Assembly: GCA_044376115.1 (NCBI GenBank)
Contig: JBILLK010000006.1
Location: 1 to 64,000, forward strand
DNA: 64,000 nucleotides
DNA from: Polyangiaceae bacterium
Lineage (GTDB): Bacteria > Myxococcota_A > Polyangia > Polyangiales > Polyangiaceae
Reading direction: 5' to 3'
Shown: piece by piece, positions 1 to 10,257 of the stretch
How the letters are laid out: every line of letters starts with the position of its first letter
How positions within the stretch are numbered: the first letter of the stretch is position 1
Position numbers and translations under genes: made by a program
The notes under the pieces: model-generated
What the model was told of the DNA's origin: nothing
Database searches by the model: none
The model's input: only the letters and a program-made list of their open reading frames with translations

Positions 1-180
1 TCTCGCCTCAGCCTTCTCGCCTCAGCCTTCTCGCCTCAGCCTTCTCGCCTCAGCCTTCTCGCCTCAGCCTTCTCGCCTCAGCCTTCTCGCCTCAGCCTTC
101 TCGCCTCAGCCCTCTGGCCTCAGCCCTCTCGCCTCTGGCCTCTCGCCTCAGCCCTCAGCCCTCTCGCCTCTCGCCTCTCC
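1..180. repeat. Tandem repeat, 14-bp unit TCTCGCCTCAGCCT (two related 7-mers), degenerating rightwards; truncated by window edge
   Basis: Seven perfect 14-bp copies at 1-98, then variant copies (TCTCGCC/TCAGCCC/TCTGGCC) to ~180; lies just 3' of the minus-strand lipoprotein stop at 183. Confidence 0.95.
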
Positions 181-182
181 CT

Positions 183-584
183 CTACTTCTTCACCCAAGT
201 CCCACTGCCGTCCTTACAGAACTTCTCCGTGCTCTCAAGACTCTCCGCGCCCTCGTAGTAAAAGTCGATGTGCATCTTCATATCGCACGAAGCGACCACC
301 TTGGCCGTGGGGCAAGCCGCCTCTTTCCAGGTGATGTCCTTGGCGATCGCCTTGGAACCTTCGCACAGCTTCATCAGTGACTCGGTGCCACCGGCCAAGT
401 TCATACCGCTGTACTGCCGGCAGTTCTTGAGTGACTCGGACGCGCAGGAAGCGAACTTCTCGTCCTTCTTCTCTTCCTTTGCAGCGCTCGAGGCCGACGC
501 CTTGGCTGAGCCTGCGCCATTCGACGCCTCGCCACCACATGCAGCTAGAACCAACAGTAACCCCGGAACAACAGCGACCTTCAT
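183..584 (-). CDS. Small Cys-containing lipoprotein, unknown function
   Basis: GGAGG RBS before ATG at 584; MKVAVVPGLLLVLAAC lipobox; Cys-paired C-terminal domain. Confidence 0.8.
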   Translation of the reverse strand: MKVAVVPGLLLVLAACGGEASNGAGSAKASASSAAKEEKKDEKFASCASESLKNCRQYSGMNLAGGTESLMKLCEGSKAIAKDITWKEAACPTAKVVASCDMKMHIDFYYEGAESLESTEKFCKDGSGTWVKK

Positions 585-737
585 TGAGAAACCTCCGCAG
601 CGGCGTGTAGTCCGCTGTGACCGGTTGATCAACCGCTTCCTTCAGCGGGGTTGGATGTGGGAGCCGCCAACACCGAAGTGAGCGCGCCACGCAATGGGCA
701 CACTCAAGCGGTGACCGCACCCGCTAGCCTAGCCTTC

Positions 738-2783
738 ATGCTCACTCGCCTTACGTCGCTGGCGTTTCTCGGGTCGGTCCTCGCTTGTGGCAACCTGGAG
801 GTGACCAACCAGCCGAGTGGCGGAGCGGGAGGCGATGGCGGCTCGGGCGGTGAAGCTGCAGCGCCGAGCAGCGGTGGTAGCGGTGGTGAGGGCGCGGGCT
901 TCGCGGTCGGCGGTGGCGGCGCAGGCGGCAACGGTGGCACTGGCGGCGCCGGCGGGATCGATACCACCGGCTGCGGCGATGGGCTGATTCAGTTCGGTGA
1001 AGTTTGCGACGACGGCAACAGCCTCCCCGGAGACGGCTGTTCGGCGAGCTGCGACACGGTCGAACAAGACTTCGCATGTCCAACGCCGGGCGAGCCCTGC
1101 GTCTCGACCGTCGAGTGTGGCGATTCGGCCGTCACCGGCACCGAGACCTGCGACGACGGCGATACGACGAGCGGTGACGGCTGCTCGAGCGCCTGCCAGG
1201 TCGAAATGGGCTGGCAGTGTGGTTCGCCGGGGCAGCCTTGTTTCGCCGCGCAATGTGGTGACGGCATCATCGCAGGCAACGAAGAGTGCGAAGACGGGGA
1301 TGCTCCTCCCGAATCGGGCGACGGCTGTTCGGCAACGTGTGAACGCGAGCCCGGCTACGTCTGCGATCTGCCCAACCAGCCGTGTGAACTCACCGTCTGC
1401 GGCGACGGCGTCGCGGAAGGGGATGAGCCCTGCGATGACGGCAACGACGACATCGGCGACGGTTGCAATCCGTTCTGCGAGGTCGAACCCAGCTGCTCGG
1501 TCGGGCCGTGTTCGTCGGCCTGTGGCGACGGGCTGATCCTCCCGTCGGACAATGAAGACTGCGACGACGGCAACACCACCGACGGAGACGGCTGCTCGTC
1601 GACCTGTCAAGAGGAGCTCGGCTTCACCTGCGAGGAGGAGCTGAGCCAGCTGCCCTCGGTGCTCGAGGTCCCCGCCGCCTTCCGCGACTTCATCAGCCTG
1701 CCGCAGAACGGCTCGGTGAGGCACCCCGACTTCCAGATCTTCACCGGCAGCAACGCAACCCCCGGCCTCGTCGGGATCGATCTCGATATGGCGGGTAAGC
1801 CGGTTTACACCGGCATCTGTGAACAAGGGGCGATCGTTGGCCCGTGCCCGTTCGGGGCTCAGACCACGTCGGCGGCCAACTTCGCCCAGTGGTACGAGGA
1901 CGTGCCCGGCGTGAACCTCAAGCTCGTCACCAAGATCGCGCTGCAGCAACAGCCGAACGGCAGCTACTTCTTCCCCGACAGCACCTTCTTCCCGCTGACC
2001 GGCGGAGGTTGGGTCGCCGCGGGCCAAGAAGCTCCGTCAGCCGGCAACAACTTCGGCTTCACCTCGGAGATCCGCACCTGGTTCACCTTCAACGGCAACG
2101 AGTCGCTCAACTTCTCCGGCGATGACGATGTGTGGGTGTTCATCAACGGCAAGCGAGCGCTCGATCTGGGCGGGCTGCATCCGCAGGTGGCTGGCTCCTT
2201 CACGCTCGACGTGCCCACCGCGGCGAGCCTCGGCATCGTGATCGGCAATGTGTACGAAATCGCCTTGTTCCATGCTGAACGGCGTACCACCCAGTCGAAC
2301 TTCAACCTGACCTTGAGCGGCTTCGTCACGGCGAAGTCGAGCTGTGAGAGCTTGTGCGGCGACGCCATCGTCGTCGGCGATGAGAGCTGCGACGACGGCC
2401 TCAACGACGGTAGCTACGGCTCGTGCAACCCTGATTGCACGCCGGGCCCGCGTTGCGGTGACCAGATCCAACAGGTCCCCGAAGAGGAATGCGACGACGG
2501 CGTCAACCTCGCGGTCTACAGCTTCGCCGGCGCACCGGGCTGCGCGCCGGGCTGCCAACTCGGCGCCTATTGCGGCGACGCCAACGTCAACAGCGTGTTC
2601 GGCGAACAATGCGACGATGGCGTGAACGACGGTAGCTACGGCGGTTGCAACGACAACTGCAGCCTCGGGCCGCGCTGCGGCGATGGCGTGCTGCAAGCCG
2701 GCGAGGGCGAGGAGTGCGACGACGGCAACCTTGTCGGTGGGGACAGTTGCAACTCGATGTGCAAACTCGAGATCGCTCAGTAG
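738..2783 (+). CDS. Myxobacterial Cys-rich disulfide-repeat (DUF4215-like) lipoprotein with central fibro-slime (PA14-like) domain
   Basis: Lipobox SVLAC; Gly-rich linker; many CGDG..E.CDDGN...GDGCS..C repeats; fibro-slime motifs NFGFTSE, FSGDDDVWVFING, DLGGLH, LFHAER; start moved to ATG 738. Confidence 0.9.
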   Translation: MLTRLTSLAFLGSVLACGNLEVTNQPSGGAGGDGGSGGEAAAPSSGGSGGEGAGFAVGGGGAGGNGGTGGAGGIDTTGCGDGLIQFGEVCDDGNSLPGDGCSASCDTVEQDFACPTPGEPCVSTVECGDSAVTGTETCDDGDTTSGDGCSSACQVEMGWQCGSPGQPCFAAQCGDGIIAGNEECEDGDAPPESGDGCSATCEREPGYVCDLPNQPCELTVCGDGVAEGDEPCDDGNDDIGDGCNPFCEVEPSCSVGPCSSACGDGLILPSDNEDCDDGNTTDGDGCSSTCQEELGFTCEEELSQLPSVLEVPAAFRDFISLPQNGSVRHPDFQIFTGSNATPGLVGIDLDMAGKPVYTGICEQGAIVGPCPFGAQTTSAANFAQWYEDVPGVNLKLVTKIALQQQPNGSYFFPDSTFFPLTGGGWVAAGQEAPSAGNNFGFTSEIRTWFTFNGNESLNFSGDDDVWVFINGKRALDLGGLHPQVAGSFTLDVPTAASLGIVIGNVYEIALFHAERRTTQSNFNLTLSGFVTAKSSCESLCGDAIVVGDESCDDGLNDGSYGSCNPDCTPGPRCGDQIQQVPEEECDDGVNLAVYSFAGAPGCAPGCQLGAYCGDANVNSVFGEQCDDGVNDGSYGGCNDNCSLGPRCGDGVLQAGEGEECDDGNLVGGDSCNSMCKLEIAQ

Positions 2784-2828
2784 TCGGAGGCTTGCCACCG
2801 CCGTGGAGCGTTTCGTACGCTCTCGGCC

Positions 2829-3896
<1,068 letters not shown>

Positions 3897-3905
3897 GCTT
3901 ACGTC

Positions 3906-3965
3906 GTTGGCTCTCGGCGGTTTTTTTCGAACAGCGCCGTTCGTGAAATCGGCCTGAGAGCCAAC
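3906..3965. terminator. Imperfect ~60-bp inverted repeat downstream of fbaB (terminator or REP-like hairpin)
   Basis: GTTGGCTCTC (3906-3915) pairs with GAGAGCCAAC (3956-3965); inner CGAAC/GTTCG pairing. Confidence 0.5.
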
Positions 3966-4005
3966 CAGGCTGTGCAGACCCGGGGTGATCGGCTAAACCG
4001 CCTGC

Positions 4006-5550
4006 ATGATCCTTCGTAGGCCTGTGTTCGGTCTGGCGTTCTCCTCAGCTGTGGCCGCCTGCGGAGTGGCCGCCTGCGGAGGAGGAAGCGGGAGCGTCAC
4101 AGCGCCCACCAGCGAGCCGGTCGTGCTACCGACGGCGGTTGCTTCAGCCGCCGTTGCTCCGGCCGCTTCGGCCAACGACAAGATCGGCGTGAACCTCGTG
4201 AATCGGCCCGCGGAGTTCGTCCTCGACGGCGAGATCGCCGAGTGGGACAACTTCGCGCCGTTCGATCCGGGGGCAGATCCTGAAGAGCCGGAGGAGCCGC
4301 GCGAGCAGGAGCCGGTCGCGGTCGAAAATGTCGGCGCGGTCGGTCTCGTGGTCGAGCAAGCGGAGGTGCTCGTGGTTGGCCATCTACCGGCGCCGGCCGC
4401 TCAAGCTGTATGGATCGGCGTCGGCAATCGGCCGGCGCAGCTGCCGTACATCGGCACGCTCGGTCGCGCTGCGGCCAGCTTCGACCCGGTGGTTTGCTCC
4501 GAGTTCGAACTCGATTTCACCGACGGGATGTACGTGAAGACGGATCGCCCCACGCCGCCGGAGACGCTGGCTGCGTGCAAGGCGGTGGTCGCTCGCTACG
4601 ACGAGTACGCTGCCGAACAGAACGCCCGCTTCGCACGCGTGCTGCGTGTGGATGCAAGCGGCGTATTCGATGGCGCCGCGGCCAACGGCGCGCCGATCGC
4701 TGGCGCCAAGTTGCAGTGGAAGAAGCACCCGGACGGTTCGGCGAGCTTCGAGGCCGCGCTGCCCACAGCCGTTTTGCCGCGGATCGGCGCTGCACCGCTC
4801 ATGTCGATGCGCTTGCTCGCGCGCACGCAGGCGCTCACCGTGCCGGCCTCCCGCTGGACCAGCGTCGCGTTGCCGATGCCGCTTTCGTTCGAGCCCTACG
4901 GCCAGCTGCGCGCCGATCTTTATCAGGTGCTCAGCGGCTATACCTTGCCGTACCAAGCTCCTCCCGGCCTCTCCTTCCTTCCCTCGAAGCCCACCCTGAT
5001 CGAGTCGTACGACTTTAGCGAGCAGTCGATCATCCCCTCGGAGTCGGAGATCTTCGTTGAACTCGCCAAGCTCGGTGACGTACGCATCGGCAAGGTCAAC
5101 GTCGCGCGCTCCTTCCTCGCATCGTTCAAGGGAGAGGAATACGTCGAGCTCTACGAGCCCATTCACGGTTGGGGCCCAACGCGCACGACCGAGCCGGTTG
5201 CTCGTAACGGCGCGCATCATCTGATTCACTACTCCGAGCGGCTTTACAGCGGCGGCATGACGTTTGAGCCGCCGGGCTGCTCGGTCACCGAGGTCGGGAA
5301 GGACGGCCGGTTCAAAGAGCTTCTCGCCGCCGAAGCCGACATGCCGCCGACGCCGGAGTCGGGCGGAATGTGGTGGAACTTCGACAACGGCGAGCTCGTC
5401 TTCAGCAAGGGCTTCAGCGAGTTCGGGTACCGCGGAGTCGCACGCGGCAATGATGTCGAGCAGGAAGCGACCAAGAAGTGGCGTTGGGATGCCAAGAAGA
5501 AGATTTACGTCTCCATCGATTGGAAGATGGGCCCGTCCCGCAACCGCTGA
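4006..5550 (+). CDS. Hypothetical lipoprotein
   Basis: Signal with duplicated VAACG lipobox; Ala/Pro linker; VLDGEIAEWD motif reminiscent of CBM9/DOMON-like starts. Confidence 0.75.
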   Translation: MILRRPVFGLAFSSAVAACGVAACGGGSGSVTAPTSEPVVLPTAVASAAVAPAASANDKIGVNLVNRPAEFVLDGEIAEWDNFAPFDPGADPEEPEEPREQEPVAVENVGAVGLVVEQAEVLVVGHLPAPAAQAVWIGVGNRPAQLPYIGTLGRAAASFDPVVCSEFELDFTDGMYVKTDRPTPPETLAACKAVVARYDEYAAEQNARFARVLRVDASGVFDGAAANGAPIAGAKLQWKKHPDGSASFEAALPTAVLPRIGAAPLMSMRLLARTQALTVPASRWTSVALPMPLSFEPYGQLRADLYQVLSGYTLPYQAPPGLSFLPSKPTLIESYDFSEQSIIPSESEIFVELAKLGDVRIGKVNVARSFLASFKGEEYVELYEPIHGWGPTRTTEPVARNGAHHLIHYSERLYSGGMTFEPPGCSVTEVGKDGRFKELLAAEADMPPTPESGGMWWNFDNGELVFSKGFSEFGYRGVARGNDVEQEATKKWRWDAKKKIYVSIDWKMGPSRNR

Positions 5551-5612
5551 TTGACGGCGCAGGCGTGCATGCTGCCGAGCCTTCGGCGGGCTGCGCGTGC
5601 TAGAGCTTGGGC

Positions 5613-7226
5613 GTGGAGTCCTCGCGCATGACCGAAGCTGCGAGCGCGGAGCGTTCTGTCGAAACGGCCGCTCGAGCCAATGAGGGCTTCTCTGAGCTCG
5701 ACCTGCTCAAGGGCCTGCTGGTCGATCGGGTGCGGCTCTATTTCAAAGTAACGTTTCTGATCAACGTCTTCTTCTTCCTGGTGCGCGTATGCGTGGGCGT
5801 CGCCGGGTTGATTCCAGAGGAGACGCGAAACGAAGAACGATCCCTGTTGTGGATCGTGACCGTCACTGCGGGCACCGGCCTCGTCTGGTTCATGCTCACG
5901 CGCTCGCGACCACCTTGGAAGGTGGCGATCGGCTTGGAGACGGTCGGGACCTTGGTTCTGACTGCGCACTACTCGCGCATGATTTTTAGCGTCGCGCCGG
6001 GGGTGAATCAGGGCCAGCAGTTCGTCGCGCTGATGTTGGGCACGGTGGTGCTGGTGCTTCGCTCAGCGTTGATCCCCAGTCCAACCGGGGCAACAGCGGT
6101 GCTCGGTTGTGCGGTGGTCGCAGGCGTCGTGGTGCGCGCGGTGGTGCAGATGCCGGATCTGACCGCGATGGCGTTGGTTTGGCTCGGTGCTTTGGGCGCG
6201 GTGGTCGTCGCTGTGACGACGCTGACCTCCAGCACCATCTACGGTCTGCAGCGTCAGATGGTCGCGGCCAAGCGGCTCGGGCAATACCAGCTCGAACGCA
6301 AGCTCGGTGAAGGCGGGATGGGCCAGGTGTTTTTGGCCCGCCATTCGATGCTACAGCGCAAGACGGCGGTGAAGCTGCTCACCCAGAACACGAGCGAGGT
6401 GGCGCGCGCGCGCTTTCGGCGCGAGGTGCAGACGGCGAGCGGGCTCTCCCACCCCAACACGATCGAGATCTACGACTACGGGCGCACTCCGGAGGGGGCC
6501 TTCTACTTCGCGATGGAGTACGTCGAAGGCGCGACGCTTGAAGCGGTGGTGCGCGCGACAGGCCCGATGCCGGCGAACCGCGTATTGCATCTGCTGAAGC
6601 AAGCGGCTGGCTCGCTGGGTGAGGCGCACGCGCGCGGCCTGATTCATCGCGATATCAAGCCGCAGAACCTGATGCTGTGCGAACGAGGCGGGGAGCACGA
6701 TACGGTCAAGGTGCTCGACTTTGGCTTGGTGCGCGAGCTCGCGACCGCGGTTGAACAGGCGACCGATGACCAGCTCAGCGGTACGCCGCTCTATCTTGCA
6801 CCCGAGGCCATCTTGGCAGCGGACGGCTTCATCACCGAGAGCGACGTCTATGCGTTGGCTGCGGTCGGCTACTTCCTATTGGCAGGTCGTCCGCCCTTCA
6901 GCGGCAGCCTGCTCGACGTACTGGCCGATCATCTTCACCGCGAGCCCGCTCCCCTTCCGAGCTCGGAGGAAGTACCGGAGTTGGCCGGCCTTTTGTTGCG
7001 CTGTTTGAGCAAAGATCCGACGAAGCGGCCACACACGGCCTCGGCGTTGCGAGCTGAGCTCGAGCTTTGTGAGACCGCTCGCCGCTGGAGTCATCAGGAT
7101 GCAGCCGTGTGGTGGGCCGAGCATCGCGATGTGGTGGCGCATCGTGTTTCGGAGCAGGAGGCGACCCTCGGTTCGGCGGACTACTTGAGCGTCGGTCGCA
7201 GCGCGATCTCCGGCGTGCGACGTTAG
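5613..7226 (+). CDS. Membrane Ser/Thr protein kinase with N-terminal multi-TM region
   Basis: About six hydrophobic segments, then LGEGGMGQVF, TAVK, HRDIKPQN, DFG, GTPLYLAPE; start uncertain (5607 TTG / 5613 GTG / 5628 ATG). Confidence 0.92.
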   Translation: MESSRMTEAASAERSVETAARANEGFSELDLLKGLLVDRVRLYFKVTFLINVFFFLVRVCVGVAGLIPEETRNEERSLLWIVTVTAGTGLVWFMLTRSRPPWKVAIGLETVGTLVLTAHYSRMIFSVAPGVNQGQQFVALMLGTVVLVLRSALIPSPTGATAVLGCAVVAGVVVRAVVQMPDLTAMALVWLGALGAVVVAVTTLTSSTIYGLQRQMVAAKRLGQYQLERKLGEGGMGQVFLARHSMLQRKTAVKLLTQNTSEVARARFRREVQTASGLSHPNTIEIYDYGRTPEGAFYFAMEYVEGATLEAVVRATGPMPANRVLHLLKQAAGSLGEAHARGLIHRDIKPQNLMLCERGGEHDTVKVLDFGLVRELATAVEQATDDQLSGTPLYLAPEAILAADGFITESDVYALAAVGYFLLAGRPPFSGSLLDVLADHLHREPAPLPSSEEVPELAGLLLRCLSKDPTKRPHTASALRAELELCETARRWSHQDAAVWWAEHRDVVAHRVSEQEATLGSADYLSVGRSAISGVRR

Positions 7227-9511
7227 CTGTCTTCTACTGCATCGGCCTCGTTCGCAGGCGCTTCATAGCGCAGGCGCTTCGCTTGTCGAAAGCGCGCCCG
7301 CAGTTCTGCGAGCCCGATCGTTCCGCTGCGCAACTCGGTGGACAGCTCCGCCACCACCGCCTCGGGAAACCCCGCCGACTGCTGGATTTGCTCCGGCTCT
7401 TCCACCAGCGCGACCAAGCGCGCGCGCACATCGAGCGGCAGTAGGTTGTCCAAGTATTCGAGCCCGGTGCCTCGTTGCGCCGGATCCGGCGAAGTCACCG
7501 CGGTGAGCGCAAGCCGCAGCGCGGACGGATCTCCGCAGATGGCTAGCAGGGTGAAAACCTGCTCGAGGCTGGGCGAAATGGTAGCGCCGCGGGCGTCGGT
7601 TCGAAAGGTGGAGGTCCGTTCAAGGCGTGCGTCGCACAGCGCGCGCGGCGTTGGGCTAAGCAGCTCTTGCGTGGCGAGTTCGAGCAGGCGCGGCTGGCTC
7701 GGTCGCAGCTCGGGCGCTAGCGTCGCCACGCGCAAGAGCGCGATCGCCGCAGCGCGCCGAATACGAAACTCGGACGACGTCAACGCCGCGGTCAGTCCGG
7801 CAACGGTTCGTTCGCTGGGCACGGTGGACAAGAGATCGGCGGCCAACAGGCGCAGCGCGAGCGCGTGCCGGGTGGAGAGCAGAATGTCGGTCAGCTGCCC
7901 AATGGTGCCTGGAGCGCTGGCACGTAGTTCGGCCCAGAGCGGTCCGGGCGTTACTTCCTCCGTCGCGCGCGCGAGCAGCGCGAGCAGCGGCGTGGTGAGC
8001 AGCTGCTCCGATACACGCGCCGGCCCCGACGCTGGTTCCAATGCCACGTCGCCACGATCGCGAGCATGCTCGCGCAGCCGTTCTAGCAGCTGCTCGCGAG
8101 AAAGCCCTCGGCCTGCGGTAAGGCTGCTCGCCGAGGCGACGTGGCTCGAGCTGACGCCCTCGAGGTGCAGCGGATAGGCGGCCGCATCCGCTGCGAACGT
8201 CGCGGCAACCCGCTGGTAGTCCAGCTTGGGGGAGACCTCTGCGGCCGGCTGACCGCTGCCCAGCCGCAGCCGAAGCGCGAGCGCCTGGATGTACTCGCGT
8301 CGCACCATCATCAGCAGCGCAAGCGTGCCGAGCGTCAACATCAGCGCGAGCACCACGAGCAGACGGTTGGCTGCGCCCGCTGCTGCAGCCACCGCGAGCA
8401 GCACCACGCCGCTGCCCGCCGCTGTCCCCAGCCGATCACAGCCGAGGTCGATCAGGATCTTCGCGCTGCGCTTTTGCTCGTTGGGAACCGGCGTATACAA
8501 AAGCTCGTAACCCGAGCGATAAAGCGAGTTCTCCACCACCACCGCCGAAGCGCGTAGCAGCACGATCGTCCACACTCCGGGCGCCAAAAAGGCCGTCAAA
8601 AGAAAGCCCGCTGTCACGGCCGGCAACACAGCCACCGTGCCGATCACGCCTAGCCACTTGAGCGCGCTGCGAGTCCCAACCACCTGCAGCAAGAAGGTGG
8701 CGATGCCGGTGATCGCGTAGAAGACCGCGAAGAAGCCTACCAGCGGACCGCCTCTCGCCTCGGCAGCGACCTCTGCTTTGAACGAATAATCAAAGCAGGC
8801 GGTGCAAACGGCCATCGCCAACACCAGCAACGCGATGCTCCGCGGATACGGCTGCCCGATGAGCACGCGCACGCCGTCGAGCAGCCCTGCAGCCTCGCGC
8901 GAGGGCGGCGCTCGCTTGGCCTCCGGCTTGGACTCCCCATAGCCCACGAGCCCTACGAGCAGCGCCGAGATCGCATTGATGAAGCAAAGTCCGATCAGGA
9001 TGCGCGCGGGCGCGAGGTCCGCGACCAACCAGGTCGCACCGCCGCCGAGCATGCCACCAATCGTCGCACCACCGGCCACGCGTCCCATCACCCGCTTGGC
9101 CGTGTACGGATCAAATCGTTCGTTGATCACCGACCAAAAGCCCGAAACCACCGCCCCGCCAAAGGCGGCCGTATGCAGGAAGAGCACGCCGCCAACCCAA
9201 CGCGGCTGAGTCTCGATGAAGTGCGCTTCGAAGAAGAACAAGAGCGCATGAATGCCAAAAACCACCGGTACCGAAGCGGCCGGCGGAATGTCTCGCATGA
9301 TGCGCCCGAGCACCAAGGCCGCGAGAAACGAGAGGACCGCAGCCGCAACCGCGGCGACCGGGAGCGAGGTGACGTCGAAGGCTGCGAGGAAAAAGGCGTC
9401 GCGCACCGCCTTGGAGGCGATTTGTTGGGCGATCATCAGCATCGCCACGAAGGCCGCGAGCCAGGTGACCATGCTGACCGACAGCGAGCGAAGCGGAGCG
9501 GGAGGCGCCAC
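7223..9511 (-). CDS. Npt/TLC-like (ADP/ATP carrier family) MFS transporter fused to HEAT-like repeats
   Basis: KAVRDAFFL, FWSVINERFDPYTAKR, GATIGGMLGG, SLYRSGYELLYTPVP..KRSAKILID; helical C-terminus with RGTGLEYLDNLL. Confidence 0.82.
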   Translation of the reverse strand: MAPPAPLRSLSVSMVTWLAAFVAMLMIAQQIASKAVRDAFFLAAFDVTSLPVAAVAAAVLSFLAALVLGRIMRDIPPAASVPVVFGIHALLFFFEAHFIETQPRWVGGVLFLHTAAFGGAVVSGFWSVINERFDPYTAKRVMGRVAGGATIGGMLGGGATWLVADLAPARILIGLCFINAISALLVGLVGYGESKPEAKRAPPSREAAGLLDGVRVLIGQPYPRSIALLVLAMAVCTACFDYSFKAEVAAEARGGPLVGFFAVFYAITGIATFLLQVVGTRSALKWLGVIGTVAVLPAVTAGFLLTAFLAPGVWTIVLLRASAVVVENSLYRSGYELLYTPVPNEQKRSAKILIDLGCDRLGTAAGSGVVLLAVAAAAGAANRLLVVLALMLTLGTLALLMMVRREYIQALALRLRLGSGQPAAEVSPKLDYQRVAATFAADAAAYPLHLEGVSSSHVASASSLTAGRGLSREQLLERLREHARDRGDVALEPASGPARVSEQLLTTPLLALLARATEEVTPGPLWAELRASAPGTIGQLTDILLSTRHALALRLLAADLLSTVPSERTVAGLTAALTSSEFRIRRAAAIALLRVATLAPELRPSQPRLLELATQELLSPTPRALCDARLERTSTFRTDARGATISPSLEQVFTLLAICGDPSALRLALTAVTSPDPAQRGTGLEYLDNLLPLDVRARLVALVEEPEQIQQSAGFPEAVVAELSTELRSGTIGLAELRARFRQAKRLRYEAPANEADAVEDS

Positions 9512-9622
9512 GGAGGAGCGCCATGCTACGCGCTTGGCGGTGCATCTTCAGCAGCTGTTCACGCGCGGCGAGCACGCGGCTCGTTCTCCCGTCCCCCGTT
9601 CGACGCGCTAGACTCCACCGGC

Positions 9623-10219
9623 ATGAGGCAGCAGGGATGGATCCGAGCCGGCTTCGCGCGCACCGCGATGAAGCGCGCTGCTGCCCTTTCCCCCGCGCTC
9701 GCTCAGCACCTTCGTCAACGCTTGGGCCCCACCTTGAGCTGCGAGTTTGACGAGGCTCCGCTGCTCGGCTGGATGCCCTACGAGATCGACGTCGCGATGG
9801 CCGAGGGCGTCCAAGAAGAGCTGGGCCGCGAGGGGCTTCGTGGGTTTGTGATCGGCAACACGCACGCTGTCGCAGACGAGCCTGCGTTGCGTCCGCTGGT
9901 GCAAGGAGCCTTCCGCGTATTCGGTGTGACGCCCGAGGCCATCCTGCGAATGACCCCGCAACTCTGGAAGATCGCCCACAAGAACGTGGCCGAGCTCAGC
10001 GTTGGGGCCGCCTCGTCGAGCGGCCGCACACGAACCGTGACGCTCGTTGGGCAACGCGTGTGCCCGGCGCTCTTGGAAAGCCGTGCGGCCTTGGTGGTCG
10101 TCCAGGCGCAGGCCGAGTTCGGCTTTCGAGCGACGGGTGCGACAGGGAGTGTTTCGGAGCCCGAGGTCGATCTCGCGAACGCGAGCCTCCGCCTCAAGCT
10201 CAGCTGGGAGGCCACATGA
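9623..10219 (+). CDS. Myxobacterial conserved protein (TIGR02265/DUF2378-like, V4R/HNOX-like fold suspected)
   Basis: LGWMPYE, RPLVQGAFRVFGVTPEAILRMTPQLWK pattern; start at ATG 9623 (the ORF-track 5' extension is antisense to the transporter). Confidence 0.6.
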   Translation: MRQQGWIRAGFARTAMKRAAALSPALAQHLRQRLGPTLSCEFDEAPLLGWMPYEIDVAMAEGVQEELGREGLRGFVIGNTHAVADEPALRPLVQGAFRVFGVTPEAILRMTPQLWKIAHKNVAELSVGAASSSGRTRTVTLVGQRVCPALLESRAALVVVQAQAEFGFRATGATGSVSEPEVDLANASLRLKLSWEAT

Positions 10220-10257
10220 TCGTACAATCAAGCAGCCGCCGCTGATAGCGTTTGGGC

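Noticed and set aside
1..180. CRISPR array
   Set aside because: Contiguous short repeats with no unique spacers; no cas genes in the window
9173..9622. N-terminal extension of the 9173-10219 ORF
   Set aside because: Overlaps the transporter on the opposite strand; a better start lies at 9623
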